A stretch of 63,900 bases of DNA, counting the filler, from Reclinomonas americana ATCC 50394 (lineage: Eukaryota): assembly GCA_048213135.1 (NCBI GenBank). It is 18 parts of 18 records of this genome, joined end to end, with 100 filler letters (N's around TTAATTAATTAA, not from the genome) between each part and the next. Parts side by side here need not be neighbours in the genome. Positions count along the whole stretch, not along the records: positions 7,238 to 12,839 come from AFZH01020868.1; positions 12,940 to 14,643 come from AFZH01020869.1; positions 14,744 to 20,144 come from AFZH01020870.1; positions 20,245 to 21,698 come from AFZH01020871.1; positions 21,799 to 29,397 come from AFZH01020874.1; 13 more parts are not named here. One strand, given 5' to 3'. The notes beneath the pieces were generated by a model. It ran no database searches. It had not been told where the DNA came from and saw nothing but the letters and a program-made list of their open reading frames with translations. Below, in pieces: positions 9,229-22,296 of this stretch (its first letter is position 1; every line of letters starts with the position of its first letter). Position numbers and translations under genes: made by a program.

Positions 9229-12200
9229 TCAGGAGCCACTGCTGGCCACACGCATGCGTAACGCATTGTGGGAGCTCTCGAGAGCCCTCAGCTGCGACTG
9301 CAGGCCTTGCAAGTCGGAGGCAAACGCTCTCAACGACTCCGACAGCGTGTCTTGCAGGCGGCGCTGCTGCGACTGCATCGCGGACATGGTGTCCTGAATC
9401 AGCTGATTCTGGATGGTAAACGATTCGCTGGTGTGCGTCAGTTTCTGCGATAAGCCCTCGTCAGTCACCACGGTCAGATTCGCGAGACTTGGAGTGGAGC
9501 ATGCATTCACCTGATGCACGTCGTCGATAGTGAAATTCGTCGACGATGCCAGCTCGTGCTTAAAAGTGTCGAGTGCGCCGAGACTCCTCGATGCAATGTC
9601 GCGGAACTTTTGCACCTCCTTCTCCATCGTGGCGCGTGACCAATTCAAACTCTCCGACAGCTGCTTGTGCAGTGCCTGCTGATTGTCGTGCGACCATTGT
9701 TTGATGCCTGCAGCGAGCGTCGAGTCAACCACAGAGTTGGCGACAGAGGAAGAACAGAGCCCGAACCTGCACACTCGTGCGCCAGCGTGGATACATCCTT
9801 GGCCAGGGCAGCGGCCGCTGCGCGCTGCTCCGATTGTCTGCGACGGCGATACAGTCAGCACTGTAATCACGCTTGCAGCAGCTGCGTGAAGGCCACGCAA
9901 CAGGTGACCGAGTTGTGATGTCAGCTCGTCCATTCGCCGATCGAGTTCCGCAGTGGCCACCAAGTCGCTGTGATAGCTGTGCACAAACGGCATGACGTGC
10001 TGACTCGGGAGCGACTTGGTCGTCGGTCCAAAGATGTGTTCGTATCGCTGCAGGTGCTCCACGGCCACATTCAGCTGCGCAAACTGCCGCGTGGTCTCCA
10101 GCTTGACGTTGCCGACGTCGTGCTGCACACATACTCCGTCAGTGCACGCGCTCTCTCTCTTTCTCTCAGTTTTTCTTGCAGTCGCGGAGTGACGCAACAG
10201 TGAGCTCGGTAAAGCACGTCTGCAACTCGTCGACACGAGTCGAATTCAACATGCGAGTGGCACTGAACTCGGACTGCAGCGAGCTCAGATCGCTCTTCAT
10301 GGACTTGCAGGCCTTGGCCAGTCGTCTCACGTGCTCTCGCACCTCGTCCAGTTGCGAGGTCACATCCACACGCAGGGAGTCTGCGCAGTATCGTGAGCTC
10401 CGAAGAACAAATGGCACTCATGCTGTGTTGCCTCACTCACCAATCTCGTCCACAATCACATCCGACAAGGTGGAAAAGGCCTCTCGCAGACTGCGAACCT
10501 GCACGGCGGAAGGGCGATTCCACAGTCAGCCTGCACACGCATGTGTGCTGAGTGCGTGCGACTGACTGTCGCAACTTGTGTATGCAATGTGCCCACGGTT
10601 TGCTGCGATTCGAGCAACTCGGCGCCGTGTTCTTTTTGAAGTTTCTGTGGAGCGAGTTAGGTGGGGGGAGAAGGGGAAGGGAGGATAAAGGGAAGAAAGG
10701 GCCAACCTTAAAGTCCTCGCGCATTTTCTTGAGCTGCTGCGAGAGAGCCCTGGCCTGTGGAGTGCGGAGAGGGTGAGGGGAAGGAGGCGAGGGAGGCAAA
10801 GGGGAAGGGCGAGAGACAGGCAGGTGAAGAGGAAGAGCAGGAGGGCGTGACAGAAGAGACTGGGATGGAGGGAGACGGGGAATCGGAAGAAGGGCAGACT
10901 GGCAGGAAAGCAGGTTGCTCGGCAGACGGCGGAGAAGACAGAGAGAGGGAAGGAGGAGAGGCTCGATGGAAAGCAGCCTGGTCGGCAGACAGCGAGACAG
11001 GGAGAGAGAGAGGGAGAAGAGGGAGAGGAAGGGGAAGGTAAGCGCAACAGAGAGCAGAGGGGGAGAGAGATGGAGACGGAGGAAGCGACAGAAAGGTGGA
11101 TGGATAAGCAGACTGCGAGGAAAAGGAAGAGGAGACGTGGTCAGCGGAAGAAACAGTATGTGCTTGAGAGGGAACGTGGGAAGGATGTGTTCTTGAGAGG
11201 GACAGACAGACTGGCAGAAAGGCAGGGAGACGCTAGCAACGTGGAGTACGGTGACAGGTGGAGAAGCGAAGGGAGAGAGGCAGTGCTTGACGGGGACGGG
11301 GAGCGTGGCAAGGATGCGTTCTTCAGAAGGACAAACAGGCAAGCTGAAAGGCAGAGAGAGACGATGAAAAAGCGTGGTCGAGAGAGAGAGAGAGAGAGAC
11401 GGATTGATGATGGTTGGAAGAATGAGAGGACGATCGTGTGCTCGAGATGGACAGACAGACAGGCAGGCAGACAGGCAGGCAGGCAGACAAAGAGAGACGA
11501 AGAGTGGAACAGAGAAACAGACTCAGGGAAACAAGATGACAACTTATCGCCCCCTCTCTCTTCCCTACCCGCCTCCCTACGCCCTCGACACCAAACTTTG
11601 CGGTCCTGGTGGGCCGCATGGCATGCCCCGTACATGGAAAAGTGTGCTGCGGGTGCGACTTCTCGCCAAATGATGCAAATTTACAAGACCGAAAAACAAC
11701 GGGCTACCCAACGGTCGAAAAGTGCGTGTGGTCACTTCATTTGACTCACAGCGATGAGGAATGGGGGGTGTACAACAAAGACGGAAAAGCACAAAGAACC
11801 CACTCGCTCACTTGAGCAGGGCAACCATGAGGGCGATCAGCGCGACAAGGATCGGAGCCAGTCGCTTCATCGAGTCCAGCGGGTCCACAGGAGCCTGCAT
11901 CTTCGGGGCGGGGATCTGCATTGAGGCGCAGGTGTGAGCAGTCTCGTGCATAGGCAAAAGAGAGACAAGCAGCACGCAACAATGCCTGTCCGTTTGGGCG
12001 AGGCCACACCGGCGGCGGTCAGCGGTGAGCGGATCGAGTTGCGAGCCGGGCTCAGCAGCGGCGACCGATCAATGTTCAAGCTGCGCAGGCGCGAGTCGGG
12101 TGGTGTGTCGGGCGAGTTGGACCGTGAGCGCTCATTGTCGCTCGAGCCCAGCAGCGGATACGAGCCCGCGTCCACTGTCAAGTGATCGCGATCCTCCGGC

Positions 12201-13388
12201 GCCGAGTCGTCGGCGTCGCTGTCGGGGAACGCAAACAACTCAATCTCCTTGCGCGCGTTGATCTCGTGGCCGACACGCGCCGCCTTCCAGTTGGTGATGC
12301 TGGTGCCGTTCTGGCGCACACACAAGTCGTCGTCGTTGCTCAAGCGCGGAAGCAGCAGGCGTCGCGATAGCACCGCGTCGAGCACAATGTTGCCGAGGGT
12401 GGCGTTCTTGCCCGCCTGCAGCGAGATGCGGCTGTCGCCAAAACGCAGTGTGATTGACACCTTTTCATCGGCCGCCTGGCAAGCAACTACAAGTCAATTA
12501 CAGGACTCGGGTGGTAACAAGTGATGGGATTCCGCGCACCTCGGCAACGGCGCGCGCCAGTGAGAACTTGTCCTTGCGACGCGACACGTACAGCTCGTCA
12601 CCGCTCTGCACACCGCCGCTCTCCAGTGTCGAGGTGATGTTGATCGCGGGCGCAGCTGTCCACTTGGTGGTGGAGGAGGCAGCGCGTCGACGCACCTCGT
12701 ACGCCGCCACTGCCTCTGTCTCGCTGCTCATGTCGAGCACCTGCATGACGGCGAGGAACGAGAGGAAGTCGACCACGGCTGCGAGAGAGAGAGAGAGAGA
12801 GTGTGTGTCAAGTGGGGCGAGGAGGGAGAGAGAGAGGAANNNNNNNNNNNNNNNNNNNNNNNNNNNNNNNNNNNNNNNNNNNNTTAATTAATTAANNNNN
12901 NNNNNNNNNNNNNNNNNNNNNNNNNNNNNNNNNNNNNNNGGGAGAGAGCAGTGTGTGCGCAACTCATGTTGCCAGGGAAGTTTTTGATTGGAATTGCCTC
13001 GCCGCGGCCTTCGATGGTGATGCTCAGGTCGAGGCTGCGTGTGCGCCACGGTGTGAGAGGGGCATGGAGGAGGAGGAAGGAGGCAAGGGACAAAGAGTGA
13101 GAGATGAAGAGTCTTGAATGTGTCTGTGTGTGAGTGGGTGCGTCTGTCAGTGTGTGAGAGACTCACCCTCCAGTGCGTGAGATGGGGCACGATCCAAAGC
13201 CCTCGCCATCGCTCGAGGCCGAGGGCGCCGACTGACCTGTCATGGGACACTTGGCGCCAGCGCTCTGTGTGTGTGTGCACAGGAGAGAGTGAGAACGCAC
13301 AGTGAGAGAGAGAGATGTAAGAGAGAGAGAGAGAGAGAGAGAGACATACCGCAGCAGCGCCACGGGATGACATGAAAGGGCACGACAT
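9229..13388 (-). CDS. Unknown protein: three CP motifs, two ubiquitin-like segments, one TM helix, long coiled coil; spans gap
   Basis: Exons join in frame: MSCPF..KCPM..SCPI..LDLSITIEG..NMTVVDFL..STLESGGVQSGDELYV..VSITLRFG..ATLGNIV..LAPILVALIALMVALL..heptad-rich C-terminus; ~14 GT-AG introns. Confidence 0.7.
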
Positions 13389-13457
13389 TCTCTTTTCTCA
13401 CACTAATCCAATAAACTGTGATTGTAACGTCCGTCCGTCCAATCATTCGCGCGCCAA

Positions 13458-13613
13458 ATGGCAGAGGTGAGGAGGCAACAAGGGAAAGGGTGAAAGGAGG
13501 GAAATGGAATGGAGGAGGAGAAGAAGAGAGAGAGAGAGAGCGAGACAAGAGAGAGAAAGCAGTGATTGAGTGATTTGATTGCAGGATTGATTGTGTGTGA
13601 GAAAGACTGTGTG

Positions 13614-13645
<32 letters not shown>

Positions 13646-13749
13646 AATGAGAGAGAGAGAGGAAGCGCCGTGTATGCAGTGAGTGAGTGAAAGAAGGAGT
13701 GAGAGAGATAGAGACACGAGAAAGCAACAAAGATATTTGGAAGTACGTG

Positions 13750-13792
<43 letters not shown>

Positions 13793-16362
13793 TGCAAGTG
13801 TGTGCCTGTGTGTCAGACAACCTCTGTGACAAGTCGCATCTCACTCTCTTCACTCTTCTCAGGATCCCTCATCGGTGTCATCGGGGGGTGGCAGCGTTGG
13901 ATCGCCACCCTCGCAGGGAGCAGTGGCCGGGGGATCAGCAGCTGCGTCGTCGTCGGTGGGCAACAAGCGCGGTGCTGCGGCGTTGCCGACGACCGAGGGA
14001 GTGTTGTACTTGCCGGCGGATCGCACGCTGCGCGAGTTGGGCGACGATGCGGTGTGGACGCTGAGCACGGCCAAGGCGGGGAATGGCGTGGCGCAGTTGA
14101 GGGATGGGTCGGTGGAGACGTACTGGCAGTTGAGTCGTGGGAAAGGGAAAGGAGAGGGGAAGGGGATTGAGAGGGAAAGGGAGAGAGAGAAAGAGAAGAG
14201 GGAGGGAGGGAGGGAGGGAAGGGGAGCTTTGTAGGGAAGACAATTGCGGGAAGTCGAAGACTAGGGACGCTATGGAGATGGAAAGGGACCATGCCGTCTG
14301 CTGCAGCAGCTCGTTTACGTTCGAGGGATCCACAGTCACAACCATGTGATGATGACTGCTGTCAGACACTGGCCTGCACCGCATTGTGATCCACAGCCCA
14401 TCGTCGCGAATACATTCAGTAGCCAGTGATGATGGCGATGATGAGCGAGGGAGGGGCACGGCAACTTGTTGATATGCACATTGTCTTGATCCGGCTCGCA
14501 GGCCGTCGTCGTTGTCGACAATGAGTGAGCGAGTGCAGGGGAGAGATATGGAAGAGAGAGGCCCAGTGGCAGCTTGTTGGTATGCACCGTGTCTTGATCC
14601 AGCTCACAACGACAATTCGTGAGGAAACGGGAGGGACACGTAGNNNNNNNNNNNNNNNNNNNNNNNNNNNNNNNNNNNNNNNNNNNNTTAATTAATTAAN
14701 NNNNNNNNNNNNNNNNNNNNNNNNNNNNNNNNNNNNNNNNNNNCGTGGATATGCGCTGTGTCTTGATACAGTTCACGACGACAAAGAGTGAGGGAAGGGC
14801 AGAGAGGAAGGGATTGTGAGGGAGTGTTGCTGATATCTGGTCATACGCAGATCCGATGGTGCTCATCCACACACCATGACTATTGAGTTCCACAAGAGGA
14901 CAATGGTGCAGGAAGGTGCGTTATTGCGTGTTGCTCGTTATCAGAGAGTTGCCGTTCTTGCAGATTTGTTCTCGCCGTCTCTCTCTCTCTCTCTCTCTCT
15001 TCTCTTCTCTTTCTCTCTCTCGCTCTCGCTATCTCTCTCTCTCTCTCTTCTCTCCCTCTCTCTGCATTCTCACGATATCCAATCCTCGTCATTTTTCGTC
15101 CTCACCCCCCTCTTAACTGTCTTCTTCGCTCTTTGCTTGTCCTACATCCACCACCCTGTCTCTGCTTCACCGCACTTTTTGTGTGTTCCGTTTTCTCGCA
15201 TCTCCACTTTTGCTAACTACCTCCTTGGTTCTTTTTCACCCTTTCCCTCTTTCTCTTTTCGCCCGTCTTCCTCACCAGCATTCGCCTCGCAGTGGTCATG
15301 TACGTGGACTACAAGCTCGACGAATCGTACACACCACGCACACTGTCGGTGCGCTCCGGCACCAACTGCAACGATCTCACGGAGATTCATGCGTTGGAGC
15401 TGGACGAGCCGGTTGGATGGGTGCATGTGCCGTTCAATGAGGACGGGTGAGTATTGGGGGAAGGGAGGGAAGGGAAAGGTGGAGGGGGAGAGAGAGACAC
15501 GACAGCACTGCCTTCATATGGTTATCGTCTCGTGTTGTTGCAGTGGGTATTGTTTCGTTGAGATCTTATTCCAGTGCTTGGTTGTCATCTTGCACGTGCA
15601 GCAGGGGAGTGAGTTGTCCTTTGCTTGTTTGAGGTACTACAGATGTGGCAGAGAGTGAATTCCCTGCTCCATGACATTGATGCTCTCAGTCCTGAGAAAG
15701 TTACTTTTCCTTCACTCTGTCGTCGTCTTGCGCGGGAGAGAGTGAGTGTTGTTGCATTGAGATCATTCTCCTGTGCTTGATTGTCATCTTGCACATGCAG
15801 CAGGGGAGTGAGTAGGTTCGTGTTGAACTTGTGGATATTGCAGTTGGCTTTGTTGGTTGAGGTGTGACAGAGAGAATGCCGTGCTCAACAAGCTTGGTCA
15901 CCGTTTTCAGTCGTGCATTTCTTTCCGTTGCCGATTTGCTCGTGCAGCAGCGAGTGCTCAGTCTTGCTTGATCGTCGAGTTGTACAAACAGAAGATAGTG
16001 GGTTGTTTTAACTGGGCTCGATCACCAGTTTTAGTCGCGAGTCGTCGCCGTCCACTGCTCCTGCCTTGCCTTCACCCCGTTGCCCTGCTGCTCACTCCTA
16101 TGTTTTCCTATCCCCCAGAACGCCTATCAAGACCAACGTCATCCAACTGGCCGTCCGCTCATGTCACCAGCACGGTCGCGACGCACACGTACGACAAGTA
16201 CTCGTGTATGGTCCACGAGAGTTGCGTGAGCAGCAGCTGTCGACTTCCTCGCCTCTGCTCACCATGATCCCCCCACTGCAGACCCCTGCCTGGCGACATG
16301 GAATTCGACACACTCGAGTTCCAGATGTTCTCATGCGTCAGGTGACACCACGCACAAAATAA
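13458..16362 (+). CDS. APC10: Anaphase-promoting complex subunit 10 (DOC domain); spans gap
   Basis: AVWTLSTAKAGNGVAQLRDGSVETYWQ|SDGAHPH..|VVMYVDYKLDESYTPRTLSVRSG..EPVGWVHVP|..IQLAVRSCHQHGRDAHVRQV; first exon MAE at 13458-13466. Confidence 0.93.
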
Positions 16363-16467
16363 AAGTGTATGCTAAACAAAGTCTCCTCCATTCCACGCAC
16401 ACACGCGAGCAATTTATAACCAACATGCCACATTCCCACACACACAGTGACACAGAACTCAAACAGT

Positions 16468-19400
16468 CTAGCGGTCGTTCTGGTCGTCCGCATCCACCAC
16501 CGCCACATACACCGCGGGGAACAGACCGGTGCGGCCCTCGTACACGCCTGTCCACCAGCCAGAATCGTCCTTGGCGATCACCGTCAGTCGCTCGCCTTGT
16601 TCAAACGATAATTCGTCTGCGCAACTTTGGTGAGTGACAAGCGGAGAGGGGAAGAAAGAAGCTCTCACATGAATCTGCCACACGCACCATCCGCCTGCGC
16701 GATATATGCGTACAACGCCTCGACCTCCTGCCCGGAGGCGAGCACGTGCTTCGGTGTCATGGCCACCGGCGCAGCCTCGGGGATGCCAGTGAGCGCTGCC
16801 GTGGCCGCATCCGTCAGGCTGATGCTCTGCCGTGAGTACTGTCGCGACATACGATTGGTGGGTGGCACATGCAGCTCGACGTGGTTGGCCGGGAAGAAAC
16901 CCTCGCGCGTGTCTGGCGTCTTGCCGTCGCGACGAATGAGCACGCGACCCCTCCACCAGCCGCTGGTGTCCTCCTCCAGCACTTGGACTGTGTGCGCAAA
17001 TGAGAGGCAAGGTGTCAGGAAAGGTGGCTTAGAAAGGAATGATCCAAGTCAACACGCTACGCAACTGACGTCGCCCTCCTCAAAGCTGATTTCGTTCGCC
17101 TCTTGCGCCTGATAAGTGTACAGAGCGCGCGCCTGCTTCTTGCCACCGCCGCCCATGCGGCCGGCCGAAGGCTGTCGCACGTGACCCGGAGCACCCGACA
17201 CGCCACTGGAGCTCGGACCGCCTCGCGCGCCGCCGCCAGCAGCGGGTGAGAGGTCGTCTTGTGCAGGGGGTGGGGGCGAGCGGTTGCTCGAGGTGCTGCG
17301 GGGAGGGAAAGGTGAGGGGGGAATGGGGAAGGGAGGGGGTGGGCAAGGGAGGGAAGGGAAGGGAAAGGGAGGGAAGGGAGGGAGGGAGGGAGGGAAAGGG
17401 AGAAGGGAGGGAAAGGAAGGGAAAGGAAGGGAGGGAAGCGAAGGGAGGGAACGGAAGGGAGGGAAGGGAGGGGAGAGAGAGCGAGCGACACATGTCGGGC
17501 ACAGGAAGCAACAGAAGTGCCAGGCACAACACAAACGTGTAAAGAGATGGACATGAAGAGGGACAGGGAGGAAGGGAAGAGAAGGGAGGACGGGGAGAGA
17601 GAGGTTGGGCACAGGGTGCAATAGAAATGCCAGGCACAACAGACGCGTGAAAAGAGACAGACAGAGAGAGAGAGAGAGACAGAAGAAGGGATAAGAAAGC
17701 ACAAGGCTTGTCTTCTTCCCATTCTCAAGAAGAGAGAGAAAAGAAAGAAAGCACAAGGCTTGTCTTTCCTTTCTGGGCGAGAGAGGACAAGGAAACATTA
17801 CTGGCACAAGAACAGGCAAGATAAAGGGTACACACACACATGCACAGAGAGAGAGAAGGCGACCAACATACCCGACAACAGGTGCACGCGGAATATTAAC
17901 GCCACCCGCACCCTGTACAGCATATTGTGTCAGACAAAAGGCACTCTTCGCAACAGCGCATGGCGTCAACAAACCAACGGCGCAATCTGCTGATCACTGC
18001 CCTGCGCTCCTCCATATCCGAATGCCAAGGTCTACACAACACAAAGCGATTGAGCAACAGAGATCAATGAGAGGGCATGCCGAGAGCCCCCCGTTGACAC
18101 GCAACATTGCGAGATGAACTTGGTGGTGGTGGCTCCGACCGCGCACTCACATGGTCGTGCAGCGTGACACCCACATCGAAACATTGTGAAATGACGGGCA
18201 GGAAGGGGACCTCCTGTGTGGCCTTCACGTCCTCCGCAGGTGCCTCGACGACAAAGGCGCGCACGTCCGCCACTGGATCGACCACTTGAATCATCTGCAA
18301 GAATGCAATGAGCGTCGGCAGAGTGACGTGGCAACACAGACACGAGCATACAAACCCGGTACTTGGCAATCACGCTCTGCTCCAATCCCTGCTGCATGCT
18401 CTGTCTCAGGAACGCATACTTTTCCAGCACACACTTGATGCTCTTGATTCGGTACAATTCGAGCTCCTCCAGATCCTGCACGCCACGCAGTGAGTGGAAA
18501 TGAAAAAGAGAAAGTAACCGCACCCGCAGCCGTCGATGATGCACGCACCTTGACCATTTGGTGAATGCGTCGCGTGTAGTCGGCCAGCATGGTGTTCACG
18601 AGCTTCACAGCCTCACGGTACTTGATCGAGGCCTCTCGTGCGAGAGCCTTTTTCTGGTCAGCCTGGTGGGGGTGAAGCGATGATGTGAGAAAGACACACC
18701 ACAGCAATACACAAAGAAGAAGAAGACAGCATACCTTTTCTGGTGGCTCGCGGTTGTCGTTGCAGAGGGTAATCATTCGCTCGGCAGTGGCCACTGCTTT
18801 TTCTTGCTGGCTCTTGAGCTGCAATACGCACACACAAATGTCAGCAAGAAGGTAGGGAGAGAGGGAGAGATAGCGGCAGGAGACCTTGGAGGTATCCGCC
18901 AACTTGCGATTGAGTTCTTTCCGCAAATTCTTCTCCTCCTTCAGGATGGCATTCAGCACGTGCTTGATTTCGCGCTTCAGTTCGATTAGGGAGTGTGCCA
19001 GCTGCGTCTGCAGCTGCTTGCCAAAGAATTGGTGCTGCTCGCCCATGGTGTGCGTGTGCTCGCGGCACGCTGTCCATGCCTCGCCGAGGGAGCTGCGCGA
19101 AGTGGTAAGCGAGGAGATATGGTAGAAGGGGGTGAGAGGAGGTGGTACGTACGCTGTTTCGTCGCGGCCGTACTTGGATTTGGCAAGCTTCTGCATGGCG
19201 CGCCCGTAGTCCCTCTCGGCCTCCGCTTCGCGCTCGTAGAATTCCTGCGGGGGAGGGTAAGGAGAGGGGATGGTGAGAATGGGAGAAGGAAGAGGAGAAA
19301 GAGTGACGTGAAAAGGCAAGGAGAGAGACGTTGAGAGAAAGGAAGGAGGAGGAGGAAGAGTGACGTGACAGAGGCAAGGAGAGAGGCAGAGAGACAGCGA

Positions 19401-20687
19401 ATGAGAGGAAGGGGGAGGAGAAAGAGCGACGTGACAGAGGCAAGGAGAACGAGGGAAGAAGTGAGAGAGGGGATGGTGAGGAAGGGGAGGGAGGAGGAGG
19501 CAGAGACAGAGAGAGGGGGGAAGAAGAAGGAGAAAGAGTGACGTGAAAAGGCAAGGAGAGAGGCAGAGAGACAGCGACAGAGAGGAAGGGGGAGGAGAAA
19601 GAGCGACGTGACAGAGGCAAGGAGAACGAGGGAAGAATTGAGAGAGGGGAAGAAGTAAGAAAGGCGACGAGTGTATGCAACAACGAGTCAGGAAGAACTG
19701 AAACGAGGTTGAAACAAACGGAGGAGGACACCACGAGAGAGACGCAGTACGAGGGAAGGAGTGACAGAGAGGCAGAAGGTGAAAGGAAGCGAGAGATGAG
19801 ACGCGTGCAAGTCTCAAGAGGACGTTGAAACAGGAAAAAAAGACACACTGAGTTTGCAGTGAGTACGAGACAGAAATGGACGAGTTGGAAAGCACCAATG
19901 GCAATACAGCGACGGCAAAACAAGAGAGAACAACAATTGGTGACAACAGAATATGCACGTACATGCAGATCAATCGCAACCTCAAACACGAATGCAAAAA
20001 ACGAAAATGAAGCACTCGGGACAACAAGAAATCGGCGACAACGACCAAAGCACAGCGACTGCATCACACGAAGGCGAGTGGAGAAAGCTTGCAACACACA
20101 AAGGAGAGTGCAGAGAGAGTCTACATCACGCAGAGGGGAGTTTGNNNNNNNNNNNNNNNNNNNNNNNNNNNNNNNNNNNNNNNNNNNNTTAATTAATTAA
20201 NNNNNNNNNNNNNNNNNNNNNNNNNNNNNNNNNNNNNNNNNNNNGAGTGTGAGAAGGTAGAGTTGAGAGCAAGCATCGTCAGTTGCTAAATGCATCATCC
20301 CTCTCTCACACACACACACTCTCTCTTCCTTCTCTCTCTCTCTCTGTCTCTGTGAGACTTACGCAACTGCACAATGACAGTGTCGCGACTGCCGGCGGCC
20401 AGTGGACTGAGCATGGACTCGCGCGGGAGCGATCCTGCGCTGGCGGGTGGCGGTGGAGGCGGAACAATGCTCGCGCCCGCGGCGCTGCCCGGTGCCTGTG
20501 AGGAGCAGGAGGAGGGCAGAGTGAGAGGAGGGAGAGAGAGAGAGAGACAGGGTTCGGCGTGAGAAGATGGACATGGCCGCTCGCGCGGACACGATGGAGA
20601 GGCGAGTGTGTGCGGTTGTGTGTGGAGAGTAATGTGGAGAGAGGTAGAGAGGCAGAGAGACGAAACTCGCGGCACGTTGACGGACAT
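16468..20687 (-). CDS. F-BAR domain protein with two C-terminal SH3 domains; 5' end across gap inferred
   Basis: EFYEREAEAERDYGRAMQKLAK, SLGEAW, DLEELELYRIKSIK (F-BAR); ARALYTYQAQEANEISFEEGDVIQVLEEDTSGWW..EGFFPANHV and ALYAYIAQADDELSFEQGERL..GWWTG..GLFPAVYV (SH3). Confidence 0.85.
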
Positions 20688-21341
20688 CGGCAGATGATTG
20701 ATGCGGTCAATCAAGCGTCTGCTGATTGAGTTGGACGGTGGAAATGCCACGCGACGTCGATCCAGCTGGCACAGGCGCATAGTCATCCGCCCCCCCTCAA
20801 CGCTGCTGTTGCAGTGCTGCTCGTGTTGTTTGCATATGGCACGGATTTGTAAAATCGAATTTATATACATTCGCGACGTTAACGTTGAGCTTGGAAGCCG
20901 GGCAGCAAGCTCCGCAGCTACAGCTGAAACGGCGCAAAGCCTTGACTCTCTCTCTCTCCATTCTTCTGATCTTTAACAGCGCAGATCCGAACTCAAAACA
21001 AAGGATTGCATGCACGATTGGTCGATTGCCTCATGTTACATGTTGTTTCACCGCAGCCACTTGCTGCTGCACGCAGCACTCATCAGCTTGCCGGCTGTCC
21101 TCCTTTCCACCGCCATCCATCACTCTCAACGCAGGACATGAGTGAAGGACCTCGTACTCCGACACAGATCGCGTCCGAAAGCATCGCACGTGAATGGGCT
21201 CCGAGTCCTCACGTGCCACTCGCACAACGCACACAGTAGCAACAACAACAACAACAGCCGATCGCATCGCATCTCAACTGCAACAACAACAGCGCATGGA
21301 GAGCGACGGAGAAGAGTGTGTCGGAGGCTCCGCAGATGTGA

Positions 21342-21381
<40 letters not shown>

Positions 21382-21833
21382 GGAGAGAGGGGCGCTGTGA
21401 GAGGAGGCAGGTAAGGAGAGAAGAGTAGGTGTCAGTGAGAAAAGTCACTTTGGTCGCATGCAAACGCTTGATTTCTCCTTGCTCTCACTCACACACACAC
21501 ACATACACACACACACAAGCACACACACACTCCTCACTCACTCACTCACTCATCACTCACTCACTCAGTCATTCACTCACTCACTCAGTCATCATTCATT
21601 CACTCAGTCATTCATTCACTCCCTTCCTTCCGTCACTGCCACTCACCTTTTCTCTCTCTCTCTCACGCACACACGCACACACCCTTCCTCTCCCTCTCNN
21701 NNNNNNNNNNNNNNNNNNNNNNNNNNNNNNNNNNNNNNNNNNTTAATTAATTAANNNNNNNNNNNNNNNNNNNNNNNNNNNNNNNNNNNNNNNNNNNNAA
21801 GGATCGGAGGTGTGATCACACAAGTGACCTGGT

Positions 21834-22296
21834 TCAACGCACCACGACCGCCACATACACCTCGGTGCCACACGAGTCGAGAATCGTGCGCACACTGGTC
21901 GCTGCGGCACGACACTCATGAGTAACTCGCATTCGCAGCAGCAGCAGCAGTAGCAGCAGCCAACCCTCACCATCACACTCGATCCACGCGACCACAATCG
22001 ACAAGTACGTGGTGGTCACCACGCACACCAACAGCACCAGCACCACCGCAAAGAGCCACCGGTGGCCGGCACCGACACGCGTGCTGCCCCACAGGATGTG
22101 CAGCCTGATTCGGGGGAGGGTGGCGGCCAGGGGTGAACAAGTGGGTCGCAGACACCTCCAATGAGAAGAACAGAACGCACCACAAGGCGACAACACCGAA
22201 AAACGCAGTCATGGCCACCACCGAGGCCGTGTTGGCCACCGCTGAGGTGGACTCGCACTCACAGCAGGGTCCATTGTCGCTCACATTGTACACCAT
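21834..22296 (-). CDS. Small Cys-containing membrane protein (2 predicted TM helices)
   Basis: MVYNVSDNGPCCEC..VVAMTAFFGVVALW|LHILWG..WLFAVVLVLLVCVVTTTYLSIVVAWIECD|ATSVR..; two GT-AG introns keep frame. Confidence 0.55.

Noticed and set aside
10437..11744. Long Leu/Ser/Pro or Arg/Glu/Gly ORFs in the ORF track (also 17057-17728, 18841-20097, 39746-41042)
   Set aside because: Stop-poor read-through of (CT)n/(GA)n intronic low-complexity DNA.
20357..20367. GTTGCGTAAGT as another shifted donor
   Set aside because: It overlaps a perfect GTAAGT and the next exon is in a gap, so the donor used cannot be decided; not counted.
21138..21260. TAG inside an apparent polyQ run (CAG TAG CAA CAA...), suggesting TAG=Gln recoding
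   Set aside because: Single case in an unrecognised ORF. No in-frame TAG/TAA/TGA was found in conserved domains after splicing, and TAG ends METTL16, the TTL-like gene and the F-BAR gene.
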